Part shown: positions 37,072 to 46,699 of the stretch, one piece after another
Numbering within the stretch: the first letter of the stretch is position 1
How the letters are laid out: each line of letters starts with the position of its first letter
Program-made: the position numbers and the translations under genes
The notes under the pieces: generated by a model
What the model saw: only the letters and a program-made list of their open reading frames with translations
What the model was told of the DNA's origin: nothing
Databases searched by the model: none
Assembly: GCA_030637025.1 (NCBI GenBank)
Contig: DAOVVV010000004.1
Span: 1 to 64,000 of the forward strand
Reading direction: 5' to 3'
Length of the DNA: 64,000 bases
From: Clostridia bacterium
GTDB taxonomy: Bacteria; CBDUZB01; JAGLHV01

Positions 37072-38793
37072 CTACTTTAAAATTGCTATCTTTTTAGTAA
37101 TATCTATCCCGGGAGCATCTATATAAATAACATAAATCCCTGAGGAAACAACAGTCCCTTCGCTATTCTTACAATTCCATATAATAAAATCTTCTTCCCC
37201 GGTAGTTTCCTTGCTCTTTTTACAAACTAATTGTCCCTTTAGAGTATATATTTTTATTTTAATCTCTCCGGCACTTGCACTCTTGAAATAAATCGTTACT
37301 TTTTCTCCCTTAGCCGGATTTGCATATCCTTTCTCTCCCCCCAGAATTTTTACCCCTACCTCACCCATTTCTAATGCCCTTACTTCAAATGCCGCCAGTA
37401 TAATTTCTCTTACTTCATCTGTATTTGTAACGGTTATGTTCCTCATTCCCGGGGATGCCCCTTCATTAATAGTAATATTTGCCTGTAGTTGGGTTGAATT
37501 AACAAAAACTACTGAATTTACCGTTATTCCATCACCACTAAAAGTTACCCCCACTCCGGGATAGAAATTTAAACCATTTATAGTAATATCAAGAGTTTTA
37601 CCTCGTTTACAGTAGACAGGAAAAATAGAAGAAATCATGGGAGAACCATTATACTTTATGGTAAAACAATCATAATTAGAAACATTAGCGCGACATCCAG
37701 TAACAATAATATTATTATTACTATCTACTACTACCCCATACCCACGATCAGAATAATCTGCAGATCCATTACAGGTTGCTGAAGAAAGAGCCACCAGATT
37801 CTGGTTATATTTTACAGTAAACCAATCAGAATAAAAACCATAATCACTATATCCAGTAACAATAATATTACCATTATTTTCCACTGCCACTGCATAGGCA
37901 CTATCAAAACCATCTGTAGATCCATTATAGGTTACAGAAGAAAGAACAAGCAAACTTGAATTATACTTTATGGTAAAACAATCAGAACCTGAAACATTAT
38001 GATTATATCCAGCAACAATAATATTATCACTACTATCTATCGCTACTGCTTGAGCACAATCCCAACTAATCCCATTAACATAAGAAACAGAAGAAACGAC
38101 GACTAAATTTTGATTATATTTTATAGTAAACCAATCAGAAGTAAAAACATCATTAGTATACCCAGCAACAATAATATTATTATTACTATCTATCGCTACT
38201 CCCTGAGCATAATCATTCCTACCACTATCATAAGAAACAGAAGAAACGACGACCAAATTCCGATCATATTTTATAATAAACCAATCAGAAGTAACGCCAT
38301 CATTAGTATATCCAGCAACAATAATATTATCATTACTATCTATCGCTACTGCTTGAGCATAATCATTCCCACCACTATCGTAAGAAACAGAAGAAACGAC
38401 GACTAAATTCCGATCATATTTTATTGTAAAGTAATAATTACCGGAACCTTTCTTACCAGTAACAATAATATTATCATTACTATCTATCGCTACTGCTTTA
38501 GGATAATCAAAATCACCGCTATTATAAGAAATAGAAGAAACGACGACTAAATTTTGATTATATTTTATAGTAAACCAATCATAATTAAAAGAAACATCAG
38601 TATATCCAGCAACAATAATATTATCATTACTATCTATCGCTACTGCTTGAGCATAATCAAAATCACCGCTATCATAAGTAGCCGAGGAAATAGTAATCAA
38701 AGTTCCCACAGCTATTGCTTTCATAGAAAATAAAACCATAATCCCCGCAAAAACCAACCCAATTTCCCAAAACCTCAAATACTTTTTTTTCAT
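37072..38793 (-). CDS. Secreted beta-propeller repeat protein with Ig-like domain and FlgD/T9SS-like C-terminal domain
   Basis: Seven AVAIDSNDNIIVAGY...WFTIKY repeats; C-terminal IKIYTLKGQLV...WNCKN...VSSGIY. Confidence 0.85.
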   Translation of the reverse strand: MKKKYLRFWEIGLVFAGIMVLFSMKAIAVGTLITISSATYDSGDFDYAQAVAIDSNDNIIVAGYTDVSFNYDWFTIKYNQNLVVVSSISYNSGDFDYPKAVAIDSNDNIIVTGKKGSGNYYFTIKYDRNLVVVSSVSYDSGGNDYAQAVAIDSNDNIIVAGYTNDGVTSDWFIIKYDRNLVVVSSVSYDSGRNDYAQGVAIDSNNNIIVAGYTNDVFTSDWFTIKYNQNLVVVSSVSYVNGISWDCAQAVAIDSSDNIIVAGYNHNVSGSDCFTIKYNSSLLVLSSVTYNGSTDGFDSAYAVAVENNGNIIVTGYSDYGFYSDWFTVKYNQNLVALSSATCNGSADYSDRGYGVVVDSNNNIIVTGCRANVSNYDCFTIKYNGSPMISSIFPVYCKRGKTLDITINGLNFYPGVGVTFSGDGITVNSVVFVNSTQLQANITINEGASPGMRNITVTNTDEVREIILAAFEVRALEMGEVGVKILGGEKGYANPAKGEKVTIYFKSASAGEIKIKIYTLKGQLVCKKSKETTGEEDFIIWNCKNSEGTVVSSGIYVIYIDAPGIDITKKIAILK

Positions 38794-38905
38794 TTAAATC
38801 CCTCTTCTTCACAGATTGCATCACAATTCCTTTATTTAATTACTCATAATGGTTATTGGACGCACAAGGGGACATAGTCAAGAGTGGACGTCTTGGCATC
38901 TTGGG

Positions 38906-38958
38906 GTCAAGTAAGCCTGAGGGACTTCCCCCCAAGCTCCTCACAGAAATCCGTACGT
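38906..38958 (-). other. Group II intron 3' remnant (distal domain V plus domain VI)
   Basis: Minus strand ACGTACGGATTTCTGTGAGGAGCTTGGGGGGAAGTCCCTCAGGCTTACTTGAC resembles the CACGTACGGTTCTGxGAG...GGGG...CCC...TACTCGAC intron end. Confidence 0.7.
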
Positions 38959-38968
38959 CTCCCTATTG

Positions 38969-39982
38969 CTATTGTACCCCTTCTACATTCCACCAATACG
39001 ACATTGATTCCTGCGGATATAAAACTGTTTGTTTAATTATCTCCGGATTAGAAAAAGATGCACCTATATTACAACAAGGTTCCAGAGCTACAAATTGTCT
39101 GCTTAAGTTGTCTGGACCCATATCATTGGTCCAGACAACCAAATTATTGACTTGTTTTGCCACGGACAGCTTGATACCAATTTTATTTTCCGGATTATAC
39201 AAAACCGCTGCTTCCCTACTGCATTCATTTCCATCTATCATATAAATAGTATCCATCTCCAAATTGCTAAGCGCATGCATCTTGTTAAAATTAAATTTAT
39301 CATTTTCCTTTAATGATAATATATTACCGGTAAATAACTTGTTACTATCTAATTCCAATTTTTCCTTGGCATTTAGTTTTAACAGCCAGTTGTCAATCGG
39401 CGTTGCACCATCGGATGAAAGACAGAAAGAAGCATGCCTTCCTGCGGCAACGGGCACAACCTTATCTGATTTATTCGTTATTAAAACGCGCTCTTCAAAT
39501 TTCCCTTCGGAAAGGATATTACTTGTTACCATCTCAATCCCTGAAGGATATTCTTTATATCTTTTATCCGTAACATAGCGCAAAGTCAATACACAACAAT
39601 CATCAAATGCTCCGGACTTTTCTTTCACAAGTTCAAATTCACTCATCCCTGCAAAACCATGAATAAAATAATTACTATCTTTAGTTAATGGCAATCCATA
39701 ATTCTCTTTTTTGCCCGGTAAATTTACTGTTGCTTTGGCATTAGGAACTCTTCCGGCAACAGAAAGAAAAGAAGCCCCTCCAATAAATGGCTTTGCTTTT
39801 AATTCCTCAAAAGAGCTATGGGAAAATATAATATTATTAAGGCCGGAATGGAATTTAAGCATTAAACTTTCAATAGAAGAAGCAAATTGCGTTATGCTTA
39901 CAGATTCACTATTTGAATTATTAATAAGTTTATATAGTGTAGTTTCTCCAAATTGTTCTTCAAGCATAGAAAAATTTTTCAT
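38969..39982 (-). CDS. Aldose 1-epimerase / galactose mutarotase-like protein
   Basis: AGRVPN, IHGF, GRHASF, FVALEP. Confidence 0.85.
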   Translation of the reverse strand: MKNFSMLEEQFGETTLYKLINNSNSESVSITQFASSIESLMLKFHSGLNNIIFSHSSFEELKAKPFIGGASFLSVAGRVPNAKATVNLPGKKENYGLPLTKDSNYFIHGFAGMSEFELVKEKSGAFDDCCVLTLRYVTDKRYKEYPSGIEMVTSNILSEGKFEERVLITNKSDKVVPVAAGRHASFCLSSDGATPIDNWLLKLNAKEKLELDSNKLFTGNILSLKENDKFNFNKMHALSNLEMDTIYMIDGNECSREAAVLYNPENKIGIKLSVAKQVNNLVVWTNDMGPDNLSRQFVALEPCCNIGASFSNPEIIKQTVLYPQESMSYWWNVEGVQ

Positions 39983-39997
39983 AAGTTTTTGGTTTTT

Positions 39998-40082
39998 GGG
40001 GACGTTGATTAAAGTCTTAAAGTATTAAAACATCTTTTTTTCGCATACTTTAAAACTTTGAGCTACGTCCCCTATTTCCCTA
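39998..40082. mobile_element. Family A element, 85-bp minimal form, 27-bp TIRs
   Basis: GGGGACGTTGATTAAAGTCTTAAAGTA vs reverse complement of right end GGGGACGTAGCTCAAAGTTTTAAAGTA (23/27). Confidence 0.85.
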
Positions 40083-40097
40083 TTTCCTTTCCCTGGT

Positions 40098-41099
40098 TTA
40101 TTTTTTTAATCGAGGTGATTCATAGAGTTCTTCAGGATAAACAGTAATTAATACCGCAGGATTTTTTTTAATTATTTCAGCAATATTTTCCCCTACAAGA
40201 TGAACTTTATATAAAGATAAGTCATAAATATTAATAGGTGTTGTATAAAGATCGTTTCTCAACCAATACGCTACTTGTTTAAACCGCAAAAGCAAAGAAG
40301 TCAACTCTATTCCTTTTCGTTCTGTAACAATTTGAACAGTATCTGATGCCCTAAAAATATCTAAGGCAGAAAGTAATTTTTTTTCCTTATTTATAAAAAA
40401 AGCTTCATTATAGGAATCAAGTACTACCCATTTCTCTCTATCAGGCAACCAGACTTCACAAATTTCATGCCCACGGATTGTTACATATCGAGCTATATAT
40501 CCCAATGATTGCAACGCTTGAACCGTCAAATAACAATATTGCGCACAAAAACCCTGGCCCTGACCGGACCGAATTTTATGCAATAGTATAAGGGCATTCT
40601 GGGAAGGATAAACCTTTATATTAGAGGGTTCAAATTGTTTCCTTGCCCAATTCATAACACGCTTTGCGGTAACCCAGTCGTCATTTGCCCGCAATTTATC
40701 AAGGTTTTCCGAAAGACGAAATTCTTTTAACGCATTAGGGGTGTCATAGCGAAAAAGAAAGCGGTTCTCTCTGACAACAGACATTTTTTCTTCTTTAGGA
40801 GTATATGGAATTTGAACCCGAGGGGGCAAAAAGTTAAATCTTTTATTCTTTTTCCCTGGCTTGATCAAAATTTTAATTTTTTCGTAAGGATGGACATCAA
40901 GAGGAAATCGTTCGTTATCAATAAGAAGTGAATAAGAATGTCCTGGAAAAACATTTATTTCACTCATACCCACGGAAGATTTTTTTTTATCTTCGGAAAT
41001 AAAACTCAAAATCCATCCAAAAAAAATACCTAATAAGAAAATGACACAGAAATAAAGAGATTTTTTCCAACCTTCCACCACTGCTCTCCTATTAGACAA
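40098..41099 (-). CDS. Transglutaminase-like domain protein
   Basis: GFCAQY, GHEICEVW, WVVLD catalytic triad pattern; N-terminal TM. Confidence 0.8.
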   Translation of the reverse strand: MSNRRAVVEGWKKSLYFCVIFLLGIFFGWILSFISEDKKKSSVGMSEINVFPGHSYSLLIDNERFPLDVHPYEKIKILIKPGKKNKRFNFLPPRVQIPYTPKEEKMSVVRENRFLFRYDTPNALKEFRLSENLDKLRANDDWVTAKRVMNWARKQFEPSNIKVYPSQNALILLHKIRSGQGQGFCAQYCYLTVQALQSLGYIARYVTIRGHEICEVWLPDREKWVVLDSYNEAFFINKEKKLLSALDIFRASDTVQIVTERKGIELTSLLLRFKQVAYWLRNDLYTTPINIYDLSLYKVHLVGENIAEIIKKNPAVLITVYPEELYESPRLKK

Positions 41100-41163
41100 A
41101 AAAGATTACAAAAAAATAATCCTTCAATATCTTCGTTGTTATGGACATCATTCATATAAATTT

Positions 41164-41240
41164 GGGACAGAAAAAAGGACGTTGTTAAGTAGTTAAAATG
41201 TCATTAAGAATACTTTTTTTCCTGAAAGAATAAAGAAGTG
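41164..41240. mobile_element. Family C element, left part
   Basis: gggacagaaaaaaggacgttgttaagtagttaaaatgtcattaagaatac. Confidence 0.8.
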
Positions 41241-41255
41241 CTCCCAAATCTTTTC

Positions 41256-43085
41256 TTATTTGTCCGTACGCCGTTTTGTTTTTCTTTCATTTTCTGTTAA
41301 ATGTCTTTTTCTTAAGCGTATATTCTTTGGGGTTATCTCAACAAGCTCATCATCTTCTATAAATTCCAAAGCAAACTGCAAGGTCATTTCCCTTGGAGAA
41401 ATAAGCTTTATAGCATCATCACTCCCTGCTGCCCTTATATTGGTAAGTTTTTTTTCCTTATTTGCATTAACCGCTATATCCTGCCCTTTATTATTGACTC
41501 CTATAATCATACCTTCGTAAATATCAACGCCGGGATTAATAAAAATTTCTCCTCTTTCCTGAAGCCCGAATAAAGCATAGGGAACAGCTTTGCCGCTATT
41601 CATTGAAATCTGTACGCCTGCCATGCGATGAACAATTTCACCTTTATATTTCTGATACTGATAAAAATTCTGATACATAATTCCTGTGCCGCGTGTCATC
41701 ATCAAAAAGTCATTTCTAAATCCTATCAATCCTCTCGTAGGAATTACAAAATTCATACGTATTGTACCAATAGAGGTTATCTGCATATCTTTCATTTTTG
41801 CTTTTCGCACGCCAAGCGCCTCAATTACAGCACCCTGATACCCTTGATCAACTTCAACTAACACTTCCTCTACAGGTTCAAGGACGTCTCCATCCATTTT
41901 GATTAATATTACCTGAGGTGAAGAAACCTCCATTTCATACCCTTCTCTGCGCATTGTTTCAATAAGTATGGAAAGATGCAGCTCTCCCCTCCCGGAAACC
42001 TTGAATTTTTCCGTATTGGGAATCTCTTCCACTTTAATCCCCACATTTATCAGTGCCTCGTGCTCAAGCCTTTCCCTCATATGACGTGAAGTTAAAAATC
42101 GCCCACCATCTTTTCCCGTCAACGGACTAGTATTATGAGAAAAAACCATGGAGATAGTAGGTTCATCAATTTTTATTTTCGGCAATGCCTTAGGATTATC
42201 TATTGAGGCAAGTGTTTCTCCGACTTTTACATCCTCAATACCTGCAATCGATACAATATCACCTGCTTGCGCACTGTTAACCTCTAGTCTTTTAAGACCC
42301 TTATATTTTAATATTTTCGTGGCCTTTCCCTTTTTTATTGTGCCATCGGTTTTTACAAGAGCCATTTGCTCTCCGGTACGTATCTTCCCGTGAAAAATAC
42401 GCCCGGTTGAAATACAACCCACATAAGAATCATAATCCATCATCGTTATCAACATCTGAAAATCCTTATCGATATCTGCAATTGGAGGAAGAACACGATG
42501 AAGTATTATATCAAGAAGCGGTTTCATATCTTTGCCTTCTTCATCCAGATCAAGAACTGCTATGCCTTCTTTCCCCGAAGCAAAAACAATAGGAAAATCC
42601 AGCTGTTCATCTGTAGCGTTCACTTCGCAAAAAAGGTCAAAAGTCATATCAGCAACTTTATGAGGGTCTGCATTAGGCCGGTCAATTTTGTTGACCACCA
42701 GAATGGGTTTAAGATGCAGTTCAAGCGATTTTCTTAAAACAAATTTTGTTTGCGGCATCGGCCCTTCAAAGGCATCTACAAGCAAAAGCACTCCATCTAC
42801 CATTTTAAGTATCCTCTCCACTTCACTGCCAAAATCGGCGTGACCCGGTGTATCGACGATATTAAATTGGACACCTTTATATAAAAAAGAGGCATTTTTA
42901 GAAAAAATGGTTATCCCTCTTTCTTTTTCCAGGGGATTTGAATCCATAATTGTCGATTCTCCTTCTTTAAAGTCATATGCCCCTGTTTGTTTTAAAAGTG
43001 CATCTACCAGCGTTGTTTTTCCATGATCAACGTGTGCAATAATAGCAACGTTTCTAACATCCTTTCTGCGCTTCTGATTAGTCAT
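41256..43085 (-). CDS. typA: Translational GTPase TypA/BipA
   Basis: [44 protein letters not shown]. Confidence 0.97.
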   Translation of the reverse strand: MTNQKRRKDVRNVAIIAHVDHGKTTLVDALLKQTGAYDFKEGESTIMDSNPLEKERGITIFSKNASFLYKGVQFNIVDTPGHADFGSEVERILKMVDGVLLLVDAFEGPMPQTKFVLRKSLELHLKPILVVNKIDRPNADPHKVADMTFDLFCEVNATDEQLDFPIVFASGKEGIAVLDLDEEGKDMKPLLDIILHRVLPPIADIDKDFQMLITMMDYDSYVGCISTGRIFHGKIRTGEQMALVKTDGTIKKGKATKILKYKGLKRLEVNSAQAGDIVSIAGIEDVKVGETLASIDNPKALPKIKIDEPTISMVFSHNTSPLTGKDGGRFLTSRHMRERLEHEALINVGIKVEEIPNTEKFKVSGRGELHLSILIETMRREGYEMEVSSPQVILIKMDGDVLEPVEEVLVEVDQGYQGAVIEALGVRKAKMKDMQITSIGTIRMNFVIPTRGLIGFRNDFLMMTRGTGIMYQNFYQYQKYKGEIVHRMAGVQISMNSGKAVPYALFGLQERGEIFINPGVDIYEGMIIGVNNKGQDIAVNANKEKKLTNIRAAGSDDAIKLISPREMTLQFALEFIEDDELVEITPKNIRLRKRHLTENERKTKRRTDK

Positions 43086-43267
43086 CTTCCCTTCCTTATG
43101 TTTAATTTGGCATTACTTATTCATAGTCTTAAAAATTTAACCGGATATTGTGAAAAAACGGTTGTTTTTATTTTACCTTTTCATCATCCCTTCATCAATT
43201 ATTTTCTATTTTCAAAGTCAGACCTCTTTGTTTTTGAAGCCTAATCTATTTTTGGCAACGTTGTCCG

Positions 43268-43906
43268 TTAAACTAAAAACTGAATAATTCTTCCTTTAGT
43301 TTTTAGTCCGGAAAACTTAAATTTTGAGTGAATCCATTCAATCGCATTCCTGTGATAAAAAAACACGTGCGTTATATCATCTTTATAATACCATGTTTTA
43401 AAATCGATTTCTTCGGAATAAATATCGGTCATACAAAATAACACCCCGCCCGGTTTTAAAAGAGACTTTAACAACGCAAATTCTTTATCGGGAAAATGAA
43501 AATGTTCCATTACTTCACAACAGACTATATAGTCATACTTCTCTTCAAGCTTTTCAGGGTTATTCCAAAAAAACGGGTCATACAAATCGATGACATATTT
43601 CTTTTCACCTAAAAGTTTGGCAATAACCGGCCCTGTTCCCGCCCCGAAATCTAACCCCCGGTGTTCTTTTCCAAACCTCCGTTCCACCTCATTGATGATG
43701 GGCGCAACAAACTTTTGGTAATTGGGATTTTCTATATCATTGTTGTGTTCCTGATATCTTTTCTTCTCATCTTCTTTAGAAACATAACATCGCGGGTCAA
43801 CGAATATCGACAAACAATGAGCACACTGATAATACCTTTTCTCCTTTTTTTTATAAAACAACCCCGCGTGCGAATGACATAAAGGGCACTTTGATTCTAA
43901 ATTCAA
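43268..43906 (-). CDS. Class I SAM-dependent methyltransferase with N-terminal zinc ribbon
   Basis: CPLC...CAHC, LDFGAGTGP, EVMEHF, THVFFY. Confidence 0.88.
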   Translation of the reverse strand: MNLESKCPLCHSHAGLFYKKKEKRYYQCAHCLSIFVDPRCYVSKEDEKKRYQEHNNDIENPNYQKFVAPIINEVERRFGKEHRGLDFGAGTGPVIAKLLGEKKYVIDLYDPFFWNNPEKLEEKYDYIVCCEVMEHFHFPDKEFALLKSLLKPGGVLFCMTDIYSEEIDFKTWYYKDDITHVFFYHRNAIEWIHSKFKFSGLKTKGRIIQFLV

Positions 43907-44039
43907 AAATTACTTCCTTTCCCTCATTTATTTGCATCCATTTTGGAGAAACATAGTAAATAGTTCAATAGTTTAATTATGGATTAGGGGGACTGAGGGC
44001 TCACCTATTCTTTTTATTTTTAAGGCCTACCGGCGGACA

Positions 44040-45668
44040 TCAGCCGTGCGCCCCGCGCTTCCGTTGTGGCCCCTTGTTATCTGTTCTTTTCTTGGCATGA
44101 GATATCAGAGACCTCCGGCCTTTTTCCTTAAAGCTGACAACGATTTTCTCTGCATCATCAAAAGGAACGGTTATAAAAGAAAATTTGTCCATTACTTGTA
44201 TATCGCTGATATGTTTGGACTTAATCGGGGCTTTGCTCATTATAAGTTCAACAAGTTTTCTGGCATCAATATTGTCTTTCCTGCCAAGTGCGACAAAAAG
44301 TCTTGCTTTACCCTGTTGGTCAAGTTGCTTACTCTTTCCACCTATCTCTTTCATTTTACCATAAGCATCAGTATTGAGTTCTTCTTCGAAACAATAGTTA
44401 AGTGTAGCAGCTAATATTTTTGTCGGATCAGTATTCTCAATCAATTTCTTAGCCCAGTTATAATAATCAGCATCAATCTTCTCTTCAAGAACAGCAGTCA
44501 GATCATCGCATATCTTTTTCTTTTTGGTTTCGATAATATCTTTTACCGTCGGCAATTTGGCTTTCTTAATATCAGTTTTAGCCATCCGCTGTATGAACAT
44601 CAGCCGCCTATACTCACTAGGGGTAATAAAGGTAATAGCAGTGCCCTCATTCCCTGCCCTTCCTGTCCGACCTATTCGATGAACATACAACTCCGGATCG
44701 TGAGGTAGTGAATAGTTTATAACGTGGGTGAGGTTATTAACATCAATTCCGCGTGCTGCAACATCTGTTGCTATAAGAATATTGACTCTTTGTTTCTTGA
44801 ATTTTTCCAGAGTTCTTTCTCTTTGCGCCTGTGAAATATCTCCATGAATAGCTTCTGCGTCATATCCTCTATCCGTTAAATGAGTTACAACAGAATCAAC
44901 ATCTCTCTTTGTTCTGCAAAAAACCAAACCGTAAAAATCATCTTCTATATCAATTATCCTGCATAATGCCTCAAATTTATCAGAGACTCTTACCTCAAAA
45001 TATATTTGCTCCGTCAAATCAGTTGTCAGTTGCTCGTTCTTAACTTTAAGAAGCTCATAACCTACCATATATTTGTGCGCAAGGTCCTTTATCCTTGTTG
45101 GTATTGTTGCCGAAAACAATAACGTTCTTTTGTCAGGATTTGTATGCTTCATTATTGTTTCCATATCTTCGATGAATCCCATATTTAGCATTTCATCTGC
45201 TTCATCAAGTATCAGATGTTCAATTTTTCCAAGCTTTAGTGTCTTTCGGCGAAGATGATCAATTATCCTGCCCGGAGACCCAACGACAATATGGACCCCT
45301 TTTTTTAGCCTGCGTAACTGCTGATCAATAGCTTGACCACCATATATCGGGACTATTTTGATATCCTTGTCTCCTTTAAGTGAATTGATTTCTTCCGATA
45401 CCTGAATGGCTAGCTCTCGTGTAGGAACTAAAATCAGCGCCTGAACTGTTTTGGAATATGTGTCCACCATTTGTATCAGAGGTAATCCAAATGCAGCTGT
45501 TTTACCTGTCCCTGTTTGGGCTTGAGCGATGATATTAGTATCATCTCTTAGCATTACAGGGATAGTCATCGACTGAATCTCGGTTGGCTCTTCAAAACCC
45601 TTTTTATTAATTGCCTCCAGTACTTTTGCTGAAAGCCCAAGGTCATTAAACATCTTTTTTTTGGCCAT
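44040..45668 (-). CDS. deaD: DEAD-box RNA helicase with DbpA-type RNA-binding domain
   Basis: AQTGTGKT, PTRELA, DEADEM, FSAT, HRIGRTGRAG. Confidence 0.93.
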   Translation of the reverse strand: MAKKKMFNDLGLSAKVLEAINKKGFEEPTEIQSMTIPVMLRDDTNIIAQAQTGTGKTAAFGLPLIQMVDTYSKTVQALILVPTRELAIQVSEEINSLKGDKDIKIVPIYGGQAIDQQLRRLKKGVHIVVGSPGRIIDHLRRKTLKLGKIEHLILDEADEMLNMGFIEDMETIMKHTNPDKRTLLFSATIPTRIKDLAHKYMVGYELLKVKNEQLTTDLTEQIYFEVRVSDKFEALCRIIDIEDDFYGLVFCRTKRDVDSVVTHLTDRGYDAEAIHGDISQAQRERTLEKFKKQRVNILIATDVAARGIDVNNLTHVINYSLPHDPELYVHRIGRTGRAGNEGTAITFITPSEYRRLMFIQRMAKTDIKKAKLPTVKDIIETKKKKICDDLTAVLEEKIDADYYNWAKKLIENTDPTKILAATLNYCFEEELNTDAYGKMKEIGGKSKQLDQQGKARLFVALGRKDNIDARKLVELIMSKAPIKSKHISDIQVMDKFSFITVPFDDAEKIVVSFKEKGRRSLISHAKKRTDNKGPQRKRGAHG

Positions 45669-45728
45669 AATATTTCTCTTCTCCTAATTATTATTCTCTT
45701 GGAAACACAAGGGAACAATATCCCCTTT

Positions 45729-46415
45729 TTATTTCTTTTTCAGATACCCCACAGAAATAATGTATAATGGAATATGTTCCTCGGGTAAATCCAGGACTTT
45801 TTGAACTACTTCATCGGAAAAAGCACCGACAGCAACAGAACCCAACCCTAAAGATACTGCTTGTAAATGAATATTTTGGGCAATATGCCCAGCTTCAATA
45901 TAAGCATATTTTATACCCTTTTTTTTATATCTTCCACATATCCGGTCATAAACACAGGTAATTACAATATTCATACCGGCAGAACTTACACAATCCTGCC
46001 ATAAAGCTGCCTCGGATAAAGAAGAACGTAAATCAACATCCTTAAGCTTTACTAATTTATGATTTTGAGAAAAATAGTGAAATATCCCTTGAGAAAAGAC
46101 CAGATATATCTCCATGGGATATACTGCACCAGCTGAGGGGACAGTCTTAGTAGCACCTGTTTTAGCATCATACTTTTTCCCATAAGCAGCCCAAAGCAAT
46201 TGAGAAATTTGTTCCCGTGAAAGCGTCTGTTTACTAAAATCTCTAACTGAACATCTCTTTAAAATACTTTCTTCCAAAGATATTTTCCCTCTTATTTTTG
46301 GCTCCGGTAATTGTATTTCTTCGACTATTTTTTTCTCCCCTCCTTTTACTTTGCAAGAAAGAATATTTCCCGTAAAAACTATTACACTAAAAAGTATTAA
46401 AAATTTTTTAAACAT
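45729..46415 (-). CDS. SagB/ThcOx-family nitroreductase
   Basis: QLLWAA, PSAGAVYP, EAGHIAQNIHLQA. Confidence 0.9.
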   Translation of the reverse strand: MFKKFLILFSVIVFTGNILSCKVKGGEKKIVEEIQLPEPKIRGKISLEESILKRCSVRDFSKQTLSREQISQLLWAAYGKKYDAKTGATKTVPSAGAVYPMEIYLVFSQGIFHYFSQNHKLVKLKDVDLRSSLSEAALWQDCVSSAGMNIVITCVYDRICGRYKKKGIKYAYIEAGHIAQNIHLQAVSLGLGSVAVGAFSDEVVQKVLDLPEEHIPLYIISVGYLKKK

Positions 46416-46699
46416 TTTTTACCCTTCAATCACCCTCTATAAAAAATCATATACGGAAACAACTGTCTTGTCTTGTTTTTATTTTATCTTTTCATTCTCC
46501 CTTTGTCAATTATTTTCTACTTTCAAAATCCGACTCTTTCATTTTTCTATCCACTTTTAAATTTCAAATAACATAAAAAAATCTGGACATAATAGTTTAT
46601 TCGTGATACTATTAATTACGTATTAACTATTATTCCTTTTATTGCCCGAAAAAATTGTAATCGTTTTTAAAAAAAATTTAAGAGAGGGAGAAACTTAAA

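Noticed and set aside
32119-38700. Tandem repeats as CRISPR arrays
   Set aside because: They are in-frame coding repeats without unique spacers, and no cas genes are present.
2816-45725. Classical integron or CALIN explanation of the array
   Set aside because: No IntI-like tyrosine recombinase and no complete attC seen. Spacers have GGGGAC TIRs and transposase remnants instead; only two weak attC-like traces.
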